Position numbers and translations under genes: made by a program. From Pocillopora damicornis (taxonomy: Eukaryota), in contig NW_020846901.1 in the NCBI RefSeq assembly GCF_003704095.1, positions 248,001 through 312,000 on the forward strand: DNA of 64,000 nucleotides, written 5' to 3'. The notes under the pieces were generated by a model that saw only the letters and a list, made by a program, of their open reading frames with translations, was not told the origin of the DNA and did not search any database. Every line of letters begins with the position of its first letter. The first letter of the stretch is position 1. This document shows positions 1-12,599 of the stretch, piece after piece.

Positions 1-3000
1 CTTATGAAGCTTATGGAGTACTTCGAACGGAGTCAAGGAGCAGCTCTTGTAAATCTCAACCTAAAATGATGAGAAATTTGAACGCAAGGACGAAAAGTTT
101 ACTGTCTCAAAGCATAACTTCAAAATAGCAAGTGATTAGTGCCCTCTTATTTTGCGTGAAAGATAGGCATCAGTGTCCTCAATTTTCTCTGCTTGTTTTT
201 TCTACAGGGTTAAATTTTTTAAGTATATTAGGTTTCTTTGCGAAGCCAATATGTCAAGAACCCCTCAAAACTTTTTTAATTAGGAAATCTATCTTGTGAG
301 CTAAGTCTGTGATTGACCGTTTGTCAGCGTTTGGTCAAGAGTAAGGATGAAACACCGTGCGTTGATATCACAGTGTTTTGAGACATTTCCTTCGCAAGAT
401 AGGAATTTGATAAAGTCAAATGGTTGCTTGTCAAAACTCTTTTATAAAGCCATTTGCAGACATTATGACTGTAATCTCAGTTCCTGAGTAAGTCTGTGTT
501 GATGGCTGGTATGTAGAGCTTTTAAAGGTGCTTTTATTGCGTTTTAAGGTTGGCAGCTCAGAGAAAAGTAACACGGGTTTTCAGTGAGACGTTCACAAAA
601 CAGTAAAAGCAACAAAACTGACAACGACTACTGGAAAAAGCGAAGTAATATATTAGCGTTAACGTTTTCAGCTTCGTGCAATTCATACGGGAATTTAATC
701 TGTCCGGTTTGAAGCCTTTTCATGTAATCTCTGGCTGGTTAACTAAATTTCCTCTTATCCAATTGCAAAAACAAACTCTCTTTTGTAGTTTATGCCCGAC
801 CATTGTCTGTTGAATCCTATCTTTGATATCGACCACAACGCACGACAAACCCATGCAGGCACGCGAACATTGAATAACAATTCATAATTAGTTTGCATAT
901 CTAATTAATTATCGCAGCAGCTAGCTATTGGAAACATGTGTTGCTGTTGTTTTTACATAAAGAAAGAATTGTAGGTCAATTAGAACCAAGATCAAAGCTC
1001 AAATCAGGAAGACATTAAATGAAAAATATTCACGTAGCATAAGTTTTTGTACAACGAGTTTCTACAAGGTCTTGTTCTGCGGCTTATTAATATTACTCAG
1101 TGTTACCTCTCAGCCTGAGAGATTATGGGTCAGTATTTTCAAGTGAACTGAAAATATAATCAGCAGTTTATTGGTTCTGTGCAACACCGTAAGCGCTGAC
1201 AAAGTTAAGCGCTTGTTATCAGAAACAAAACCGAAATACTTAAAGAACAGAAATTGAGTCACTTGCTCAGTGAAAAGCTAGCAAATGCCATTAAATACCT
1301 GTCGACCTCAAAATTTCGTTGGATGCCGTCTTATGAATTAAACGTCGACGTCTTAAGGCTTTTACAGCTTTGTAATGTTACTCGTTAAACAAAAGGTTTA
1401 CGTAGTTGACTCTTGTTGGAATTGACTATATATCAAGTGCTCCATTAAAGTAGGGTCAGTACGCCCTTATTTCACAAGAGTTATCAAAGATCAGAGCATC
1501 ATTCTCTTGTGAGATGAATGTGCGTGATTTTGAAGAATCAGTTTTACTCAGCCTGGAATGTGTGCAATTTAAAAAACATGGAACAGCGAGTGAGTTTCTA
1601 GCCAATTTCTCTCTGCAGCACACAATCCTAGATTTCCTTTGTTCACGTTGGTGAGAAGGTATCCTTCTCTGGCGAACCTCAAGGGTGGCTGTAGTGGTGA
1701 CATTAGACTTGTCAGACCGTTGCCAGTAAGTTCTAAAAAACTACAGTACGATTACAGTCGATTCACATCAAGTATTTCAGCCGGATTCAAATCGATTACA
1801 GTTTGGGTTCAATTCAATTAAATTTTGCAACAGTTTGCTTGGTTCACCCATTACATAATTCCGTATGCAACTTTTCACTTATAGTTCGTTTTTTTTTGTC
1901 CTTTTCCTCCTAACCCATCCCTTTGCTGATGGCGGACTCCATCACACCATCTCAGCTATGTAGTTTCACTGTTCAGATTGACACTAGCCTCACTTAATTA
2001 AGGATCAAGAGAATGCGATCCTCTTGTTCAAAGCTACCGAGAGGGTACAAGTTTCCTTAATAATCTTATCAAATTTAAAAGTTAGCCCGACGCAATGAAG
2101 ACCTGACTAGTGAACGAGAATTTTCTCCAGGCTTCATATCTTCGATTCATCTAGTGGCTTTTATTGATACACCAATAAGGTTATATTTCCCAATGTATCT
2201 CGTTAACCGACAGAAACTTGAAAAAATTGCAGGATCTCACGGAAGACTCCTGTTTTCTCAGCGGCTTTTATTCTTTGTAATTGACGGGAATTAAATTTCA
2301 AATAGCAATGAATCAAACTGAGCCACCTCGTCAAATACGCTAGGCCTTGTCTTACAAAAGTCCCTCAAAGTGATCACTGTTGCCAATATCTCCTCAGACG
2401 GTGATTAGTGGGTAAAACACCCGCTGCGCACCGGAGACATTATTCTAAAGGTTAAGCTAGAGAGTTGTTGCACACAAAAATACTGCTAAAGACAACACGG
2501 CTTCAGTTACAGTTGCTGAGTGGCGTTAGAGCGGATTAAAAACCCCCATATCGTGTCGGCGACAGAAGTTTTAACCAAATAACCTGTTTTGAACAAAAAA
2601 ACGTTCTTGTATCGTGCACTGAGAACCCAGCTTAGTGCATATTGACATCGTTGTTTTTCTTTCTTCTTTGAACGAGCTGGCCAAAGCAAAGTCCAACGAA
2701 TGGAAAAGCTACGGAACCGTCTAAGGCTTTTCAAAAGGTTTTTTTTTTGTCGCTGTTGGGTGATGTGAACAAAGATCCAGGGAAGGAGAAGAGATGAATT
2801 TATCAAGTGGAAAATACCCCACGCAAAGGTGGTGTTAGTTAGGGGTCAAAAGATTGGAAAATACTGTTATCGACGTTTTATAATTACAATATGTGCGAAT
2901 TCTGCGGTTGTACACAAAGGTCTTGCGATGAGAGATTATTCGTAGCGATATTTGCCATTGTGTCAAGTAAAAATAAGATTAGTAGACAAGAATAACATAA

Positions 3001-6000
3001 AGTATTACGTCATGTTGTGTTTTCGTTGTTTGTTTTTCCCAATATCCTTGGCTTTCAAGAAAAAAAATGAGGGATTAATCGCCAAACTATGGAACAAAAT
3101 AATCACTAAAAATTCTATTATTATCAGTGTTAGAAGTTTTGTCATCGTTACCTCTAATATTATTATTATCATTAATGTTATCATTTTTATTGTAAATGAA
3201 GCAAACTAGTTCATAGCTAGTCTCGCAGAAAATAATATAAGCTTCTAGATCATTTACTATTGCAATCAAATGGTAGTCTGTTTGATACTATGTAAATAAA
3301 GGAGCTTGTATAAAAGTTTGCATCAACGCGGTCAGCGGCTCGATGCAAGGGATATGACTTATAGCTATAATTGAATTTTAAGCCACTAATGAATGAAACT
3401 TAACTTAGGATTTTCATAAGTATCTAAAATGCTACTTTGTTTGCTTAATCTTTGATTCAGTATAAATACCCAATTTAGCAACCATACCATAGAATATTTA
3501 GTTTCATCTTATAATATTTCAGACTGATCGGTGGTAATACACCGATTGAGGGGGACTTTCGATTTCCAATAGCACTCAATCAGATCTGCAAAGATTGTGC
3601 AACAAGTATGTTTTTGACCGGAAAATCTATCTTACCGGTGAAAACCCGAGAAGCACGAGCGGTGATTGTGATGAAAAGTCGGGCTTATTTGGGAGGAGTT
3701 GTTCGTGATAAATCCCATGTGCTTTCAGTTTGAATTGTGCGGCAATGACTGGTTTTAACGGTGTATTTCAAACGTTTTTCGAAGGAAGAAAGGACTGTCG
3801 ATGACTTTTTCAAATGCATTCACTTACAAAATCGTTGGAGTGGTGTTTGAACTCAATCTGCGAGTCACAAGGACATCCTGAGCCTGAATAGATGACACTA
3901 AATTTACAAACTACTAAACCAATTAAAGCAGTGAAAGCCCAACAAAGCCTTGCGCCAAATATTCAATACGCATAGTGAACATGTACAAACCGGTGGCTAG
4001 AAAAAGGGTTTCAAATATCCGGTGTTTTGCTTCCAGTTAAGCTGTAAATCCTATTTAAACTCAGTACATTACTGATATGCTTTTTATCAAAGGAAACAGA
4101 ACTTGAAAGCTAACCTTTCTTGATCTAATTTCAAACAAAGTAGACATGAAGAGAATCTACCGACCGGAGATAATTAAAGGATTTTTCACAACTTTATCGA
4201 TGGTCTTAATCCACTAAGTTTAAGTAGCACCTGCTTTTATTCCCAGGTGGAGAAAGAAGATGAACTCCCTTAAATAAGCAATGTAGGCCTTAGCCCCGAC
4301 ATTTGAGTTTTTTTTAGCTATTTGTGTCTGTGATTTTGGCCATCATGGTCTTAAATAAATCGGGTATGATTTTCGAGGGAACGATTAAAAGTGCTTGTCT
4401 TTTAAGATCCCAATGATTTAAGGGAAAAGAGCATTAATCTAAACATGGCATTTAAGCTGAATTTTAGTATTTTAGTTTTTATAAGAAGGGAGATGGACTT
4501 AAGAGGCCAGAGGTTTATTTCTCGAAAGTTCCAATACCTGCCTGTCCCAGAAAGGTGTTTCTCTTTTGCCGTGTCTTAAATTACGATCACGATTTTAATA
4601 GGACTAAAATTCAAACAAAAACAGTTTTCACTGAGCCTAGGAAAGGATAACAACCCCCTTATTTTGTAGGTTGAAAAAGGGAAGCCAATTACTTACTCTA
4701 AAATGCCTTTCTTCCCCCCCCCCCCCTCACTAAAAGCAATGAACACAATTTTGATTAATATTTTAAATACCTATCTAGGTATTTTGCCCAAGAATAACGG
4801 CCGACTTCCTCGGAAATTATTTTACTTTAAGGGATTATTTTTATCATGCGGTAGTATCTACCGCTTCTGATATGAGCCCCTCTCGGCTCTCTCTGTACAT
4901 TTCTACACCCTATTTAAAAATTTCATCGACCTCACTTCTGCTGCAGAAGGTTCTGGAGTTTATTACAGGAAGATACTAGATACAAGTACGGAATGGTGAC
5001 CTATTTCTTTCGTTTCCCTATGATATTTAAAAAAACACTATGAGATACGATTTATACCAACACACATTTGATCAGTCTTACACAAACACAAACTACTTTG
5101 TGAAATCTATATGAACAAGTTCATAAATCGATTATGTCTATTTCTAGAAAAATAACATTTAAGGGTGTACAAGTTTGTTCCACAAAAGAATCTTAATGGA
5201 TTCGGCGTAAGTTTTTGTTTTTGAAAAACACCCACATTAGTATTGTCCAAACAAGTTTATCAAGCGCTTGTAGCTACGGAACCAAAAATAGAAACCACAA
5301 TGTTTTTAATTAGGTACAAGTATGTTTTTGAAGGTATCATTTTAATGCCGCTCTTCCGATGCAGGGAAATTTTGAGCATGCGCATGACATTTCAACTCAG
5401 TAGAAGGAAATCAACACTAATACATACATTACAAGAGCACGGCAATTCTTATAAACCCCGAGAGTTTCCTAGATTACAGTTTTCCTTTCGGTTAGTGAGC
5501 GATCAGACACTTATCAACGCAACAGATTATAACATCTACGGCACCCAGGCATTTTTCAACGAGAGATGACGTAAATACCCATCGACTTACGTCAGAAATC
5601 TATGTTTAACTGGCAAAGCCGGAAAAGTAGAATTGTTTGCAAGACTCCGTCACACCCTCAGCCGGACATTACCCCTTCTGTTACGTTTACAATAGCGGCG
5701 GAAAAGCCCAGGTGATGTTATCAAAATTAGTGATAAGCAGCCAAGCACAGGAGATAAGTTAGAGCAGGAATAATATTGTGGGAAGGGGTTCGAAATTACT
5801 TCATAACAAATGATGTCCTACGTTGGATTGCTCCAGCATCGTCAGCTAATTCTAATTATAAGTCATAGCTTCAATAAATAATATCTAGTAGCAATATAAC
5901 TTGCTCTCTTTAAAAGTGCAGTTTGGTCATGTTAAACCTACAAGTGCCTAGAATTGCTTCTTCTTACAAATTTTCCCTTTGTTTTCGAGTTAGCAGTTTA

Positions 6001-6485
6001 GCCACACATAATCGAGTGAAATATAGCCGCACAATTCTGTGAAACATAAAGATGACCACTCTCGCCATAAAAAAAAACATTACATCAGTTCAAAAATATT
6101 CAAACAACAGCCGTTTTTCAACAAAGGAAGCAAACATGGAGACCATTATCGCTTGCTTTCTCTTTGAATTTCCCCTTGTGGTTTTTGGGCGTGTCGCCAT
6201 CGCGACCGGAAATTGCTTCCTAACAACCGCTCTTCGTTTGGTTTCTAATCTGATGATAGTCTTTTCCTCTTTCCCAATCGTCGCGCGAATTCCTCTCTCA
6301 CAAACACTCGTAAAACCTATTCCCCTCAGTGTGTGCCAACCAGATTTGTTATGTCTCTCTCAGGAAGTATGAACGCTATCAGTTATGATCTCCCCTCGAG
6401 AAAAACTGTAGATAAGCACCAGCAGTTATACGGGCTCTTGGTCTGTACTACTCAATCTAACAAGTTTAGAAAATTCGTCAAACTC

Positions 6486-9400
6486 TTAGTAAACATCCTT
6501 GTAAAGCTTGTGCCATTTTTCGACATGCCTACTTGGAGATTCGATCATTGATTTCCACTGCTCCTGCCCAGACCCAAAGGAATCAAATCCAAGAATAGCC
6601 GTACCCAAACTCCCGCCGCCAGTGTTGATCTCCGAATGATTCACTATCTTGAGCATTACAGTTGTAAGGGATATCTGGTCAGCGGAAATGTTGAAATTAA
6701 ACTTCTCGTTGTACACGGGATTGAGGCTTCGTCTCTTCACGCGCGTGTTGGCCTTAGATAAGCGGACACCGTCACAGTATAGCGCAAGCTTCACGTACGG
6801 GTCTGTAGACAAAGAAACGTAGAAGTTAGGTGGCTCCGTTTTATTGCAAACACGGCAACTCGAAGTTCATGTTGTATGCACCGTTTCTTTGTGATATGAA
6901 TGCAACAGGTGAATTCAATACTTCAAGCACTAAATCATTTTAGTACAGTTAAAAATATGAGAAGCAAAATGCTTATCGACCATTTCTTTATTTTGTTTAT
7001 TTGTTTTGTTGAAGATTAAAGTTTGGTTTAAGGTTGTGTTTAAGGTTGAACATCTTAACGCCATTAAATGAGCCTGCAATAACTCACCTGTGCGGTCTGC
7101 AATTGCCTTTGGTAATCCACGGATCTTGGTGACAGTAACGATAAGTCGACCGCTGATCGGTCGGAAACACAGCGATACACACAGTTCTCCGATGTCAGCC
7201 GCTTCCATCTGACGAATGATGGACAAACGAAAGAAACTATTGTTTAGGCACAGAGTTTTAATTCATAACTGCAGAAAAAAAGGCGAAAAAATTCAACAAA
7301 ATTGGAAGCTATTGGGTGTTATTTTTATATAGCACCAAACTCTCTTCACTAAATTACAAAGAAATGTATGACAGCTAAAAAGGAGAATTACAACTCAGAT
7401 CATGAACGTTAAAGAGTTGGGAGAAAATACATGAAAAAGAGCTCATTTACAAACACAGCTGGTTGTTCGAGGGGGGTTTATCATCCTTTAATAGAAGCAG
7501 GCCGGTGACAAAAGAATCCGGGTATGTTAAAAGTATCCAGTGATTTCTTGGTTTTTTGGGTGATTGTTAGGAACAAACAGGATTTGGGAATGATTCTGAA
7601 GTGAAATTGTTCTATGAAGTAAAGGATTCGACTACTTTGTATGCTTTATAAGTTTGTAAGTTTTTGGGTGTCTCAATCACTTACTTTTACAATTTTCTAT
7701 TTCAGTTAGATCAGGAGGAATACTGCGCGCCTTCGATTTAATTCAAGCGCTAGCCAGCATACAAAACGTGCACGCCATTCTCTTTCTTAAAGAGGTGCTG
7801 AGGTTCCACTCAAAGATTGTAGAAATATTCTCGTACATTTAGTGGGTTTTGAAAATGTCTTAAGGAAAGAAAGATTTTTTCTTAGCATATTCTAGGATTT
7901 TGGTATGTAAGGATTATATAGAGGAAAACTAGGCCGCCCTAGTTTGTCTGTTTAACCTACCCCGAATGGAGGTGGAGGTGATAAGTACAGCCACTTGGTG
8001 ATCGAAAACGAGGGTCTGTTCTCCATCAACTTTAACTCCGACAAAGGAAAAAGTATTTCTCCTATGACATCATCAGCATATCGGTCTTTGAACTTGTCGT
8101 GAAAGTTCACTACTCTGAACTTCAACTCGTATTCTTTGATTCTATCCTTTGAAAAACCTGAAATAACAAAAGTCTCGTTGAAAACGGGATCTGGGGTTCC
8201 TTCGATGATTTTTGTTCTTTGCCAACAGAACTGCTGTGGTAGTAGAGATATCTTGACCAGTGGGTTAATTCCTTCCTTATTATCAGTTATGGGAAGGCCG
8301 ACCGCCTTTATTATGTTTACTTGAAGCTCTGTTTTAGCAACATTGTAGTGAAGGGCAAACCGAACTTTTCCAAGTTTTCCATCCGGGTTATCAGGCGATG
8401 GTGTTTGATCTTCTCCTATGAGACCTATCTCTTTCAAGTTCATCTCATTCGTTTTATTTTCTGGCAAATCCAAGTGCCTCTTTTGCGGTGTGGATGTGGG
8501 ATTCGAATTACATCTCTTTCTCTTCCCAGGACTGTTTTCCTCCCCAGAAAAACCCGAGTCCTTGTCCTGTTTAAAACTGATGTCTTCTCTTACCACCTCT
8601 TCTTCAGTCTTATCCAAGTTATCTTCTAGTGACGCATGCGTACTAGAGTCCGACTCTTGAACATCCGGGGTAAGTAGCGTCACTTTTTCTCGTGACCTGT
8701 GATCTGTCTCGTCTCCAGAGACTGAGCTTTCGTCATTGAATGTGGTCGAATTGCCATTAACAATTTCATTGGAATAGTTACACAGCCGATGGTAGTAATA
8801 CCTTGTAGGAGGACAAGGAAAACTACGATTTTTTGTCTCTTGAACATTTAAAGATACAGTTTTAGGGAAAGAAGAGTCCACTATCTTGTCTCCCATGACA
8901 AGTTGTATCTTCTGCGAGGCTTCTTTTGCGGCATGCGCGCGTGACTTTTCCCCTGTTATCTTTTTGTAGGCGCTGACGCCTAAAACAACTAAAAGGTAGC
9001 CGATAGCAAAGCCTAAGAGGATTGGCAAGACGAGAATGCCAAAGAGACATAATAATCCCGTGTTGTTGGATGCAAAGCGTGTCATAAAATTGGCTGAGTG
9101 TGGTTTACTGCGAGGATCAAAGTCTGAAAGAAAAAAAATATAAATATATAAATAACATGCATGCATTTATGCACCCCTCAGGGAAATTATTGCGTGTAGA
9201 AAATGCAAATTTTTTAGGTGGCGTTGAAAGCCAATTTCCCTCGCACATAAATATTTCGAAAAAAAATGACAAAGCAACTTAAATAGCCGCGACGGAATAA
9301 TTAAATACACCGTTAATTTTATTGGGAATATCGAAATGTGATAATATTTCCAGAAACAATTGCGTATAATCATTGTTAACACCAAATTATAATTGATAAT

Positions 9401-10309
9401 TTTTTTATTATTCGTCAGTAAAACGGCAAAATGCAAATTCAAGAGAGGGAGAAAGAAAAAGGAAAGAAAACATCGCAGAATTTTAATATGTCAAAAGGCT
9501 TTCCTGTGGCCCCTCAGGTTAAATTGCCGGGGTTAATTTATCAGATTACAGTTTTGATACATTTCTAACGTTTTAAAGCCCCAAATTTTTCACGTAAAGA
9601 TTATTTCAAATTGTGTTCAAAATGGTAGCAGGCCAGGCTGATGTCAAATTAATTTTTTCTGGCCCATGACTAGCACGATTTTTTCTTTTTAAGCGGCGAT
9701 AAGACGCGCAAATTCTCGCAAGGGGTTCAAGTTTTTTTCAACAAGGCCCAAACAAGACATGGTATTGAAATGCAGACTAAAAGATGACACTGAATTGGTG
9801 TTCACACTGATCTGCTATGGGAGGGTAATATTGCAATAAATTTCTCACAATATAAATTTTCTGCCATGGTTATCAACAACTACTGTTGCACTGGGTAAAT
9901 AACGAAAATTTATCTTACATGTATTTGGTGTTTGAAAGGATGGAATAATAGATAGATCCTCAGCAAGCTTCATATGCAAAGATTTGTCAAAAATGCAAGA
10001 ATCTATACTGATAAAAGAACAGACTTAATGAAGAATCCTCCTAGACTATAATTGTGTAAACGCTCACAATTCTTGGACGAACATTTTGCCCGTGTCAAGT
10101 TCATTTTGATCTGAAGTATCATAAAAAATAAAACCATTGACGATGAGTTGATATCGCAACTACTATGAGAAATCTATCGACAGGTAAATAGAAACGTTAT
10201 CCGTCGATATATTTATTAAAAAAAGCGTCTTACCACGTTTGATGTTCTTACTGTCTCTAGTTAGAGACGACTTGTTATGTCGATGCGGGGTAGGAACAAG
10301 TGGCGCCAT
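6486..10309 (-). CDS. Synaptotagmin-like protein A (TM + C2A + C2B, about 558 aa), probably Ca2+-independent
   Basis: Exons 10309-10234 (MAPLVPTPHR..., phase 1), 9123-7961, 7208-7088 and 6802-6486; all GT-AG and in phase. TM segment LLCLFGILVLPILLGFAIGYLLVVLGV. C2A: LGKVRFALHY...NPLVKISLLP...PVFNETF. C2B: IGELCVSLCF...DPYVKL...NPVYNEKFNF...QWKSMIESPSRHVEKWHKL (typical synaptotagmin C-terminus). Most Ca2+-liganding Asp positions are substituted. Confidence 0.88.
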
Positions 10310-11802
10310 AATCTACTTCTCTTGTCCAATTTACACTAAACCGGTCAAGATTTAACACAAGTTTCACCTCCACCATCGCCGTGAATTTACTCTCTCTCTC
10401 TCTTAAATCCACCTCTTGTTTAGCAACTCGGAGATAAATAGCCTCCCTTGTATCAATTCACCAATTTTTCACAGGGTGCGTTATAATTGTACAAAATTCA
10501 CTCGAGCGCATTTTGAATGCATCATCATCGTGCATTTGCATATGAAAGGGGCGACGTGTCTGTTTTTATTATGTTTTGGCCAAGCAAGCGGCTCAGAAGT
10601 TTATACAGGTGGAATTTAGTTGTTAAGGGCTACCCTGGTATAAAAGACAATATAACAGATCTGAAAAAAACGAGCAAATCGTTCACTTCTCTTGCATTAC
10701 ATGGTTTCAAAGTCTCGCAGAAAATGGTCGCGTTTCATGAATGCAATTTTTTTTAGGGAGAAAAAGTGTGCCAGAAACACTGAAGTTCGCTAATGTAGTT
10801 CAATTCTTCCTCAAAGACCCCTCATTTTCTCTTTGTTTCAGTTCATAAAGATCAACTTAACTCTAAACTGGGACAAATATAAAAGTTGCCATGCATGCCT
10901 ACGTATCAAAAGAGCAAAACAACAGAACACATTTCCTTCTTTCACCAGATTTTCCTTATGTGTGAATCTGAATTGATTCAAGCTTGAAAGTGATATCAAG
11001 TGCATCCTATGGACAAGAATGCACCATTTGTATGTAAACGCGGTACGACCCAACAACAAATTCATTACGGCGCCAAAATAAAGCAGTGATCATTGATTGG
11101 TCAGTTACTGGTGAAATGTTTCTCAATTGGCACCAGGTGTGACGATTTGGTCTTTCATCTCTTTTCCTGATTTTGTCTAAATATAAGTCATAGCTGATTT
11201 CGAGCAACGAATCATAAAAAATATCAATAAATCCATCCACCATTCAGCACCCAGCGTTCTAAGTCAAAGCACCTTTATCTTACACAAAGCACATTCTAAC
11301 AACATCATAGTGCTCTTTGCAACTCAATATCCAGTACTCAAAAAATTTGAAGTGTTTGCACACTCAGCGCAGGTGAAATTCAAAACGAGAAGCATCTCTT
11401 TTTTCTGTAAGAATACAATTAATTGTTACACTTCAAGGCTGTAGCAAATTCATCAAACTTGATCAAACTGACAAACGACATCCATACAAATAATTATCAA
11501 GACGAGAATCCAATTCCGGAGCCTACCTTTTTCAAGTAACCTCTGGCTCGAATTAAAAAACAGATAATTATACTTTTATAGTATGGATTAAAAAATTCGT
11601 TTTGACTGAAGAACAGGATTGGTCAGGAGCATGCAAGCTATTATGTTTTAAAATAGCAATTCCGTTGCGGTAAACCGAGTTTCTTCGTGTAGAAATTGGC
11701 CGCCGCTGCAGTGATCTTTTCAAAATATCCAGAAAAATAATCTTCATAATTCAATAAGTATTCCAACAATATTTTTCATGTGTTAAATCAAGCATTCCTT
11801 AC

Positions 11803-11860
11803 CTTTGAAGGTCGGAAGCGTCATGCCAGGCGAATCCTCCGATGGCCGCCATTTCATCAT
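11803..11860 (-). CDS. Probable alternative first coding exon of synaptotagmin-like gene A
   Basis: gccATG start, encodes MMKWRPSEDSPGMTLPTFK, and ends at a strong AAG|gtaagg donor in phase 1, which matches the phase-1 acceptor at 9123. Confidence 0.55.
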
Positions 11861-12599
11861 GGCGATAAAACAAAGACTTCTTTCCAGCCTTCCACAAGTC
11901 GTGACGTCATCATGGCCACCGGCTCTGATCGACGGGTCCTGCAGTTTTACTCTTAAGCGCGGATATTCAGCGAAAATTTTGTTTATTGAGTGTGTTAGTT
12001 ATTTTCGGGATACCACGGAAATGTGAAAAGTAACATTGAAAAAGCTATCTTAATAAATTGCTCGTCGAAGTATAATAAGTTTTCATTTTCAATTTTTGGC
12101 TTCCGTTACGCTACGCACTGACTACATCTTTACAGTTTCATTGGGATATTCGTGATTCAGGAGTCTGGAGGATTAAATAAATGCTTAAGTTTATGGATCC
12201 CTATTTCTCTAAACCTAAGATCAATTTACAAAGCTGTTGGAACATTTCTTGCGCAGTAACGCGCTTGATTTTTACCAGCTTTTTTCTGGGAAAAATTTTG
12301 AAAGGTTTAGCTTGTATGGTTAAAATTCCTGGGATCAAATTATATGCTAGCCATTTATACAAAGAGATGATGGAATATCTGATAATTTTGTCTAACCTGG
12401 TGTCCCTGTGATCTGGTGTTCGTTTCATGCGGAGTAAAGCGATGTTCGTAGAATCTAGGGTTTTGACGTCACTGTTGTCATGACTGCGCTTGAGTTCACG
12501 CCATATGCGACGTCAACACGTGACCAGCAGAGGTGAAGTTCAAGTGGAAGATGCTGGAGGTGTTGATGGAAATTTCGACGGGATTGTTCCCTTAGATTA
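11860..12599. promoter_or_regulatory. Putative divergent promoter region between synaptotagmin-like genes A and B, with CRE palindromes
   Basis: Head-to-head ATGs about 740 bp apart. Perfect TGACGTCA at 11902-11909 and 12464-12471; CACGTG E-box near 12517. Confidence 0.4.

Noticed and set aside
2507-3269. ORFs of 99, 85 and 60 aa near the window start
   Set aside because: They have low-complexity, ATT-repeat-driven composition and no recognisable motif.
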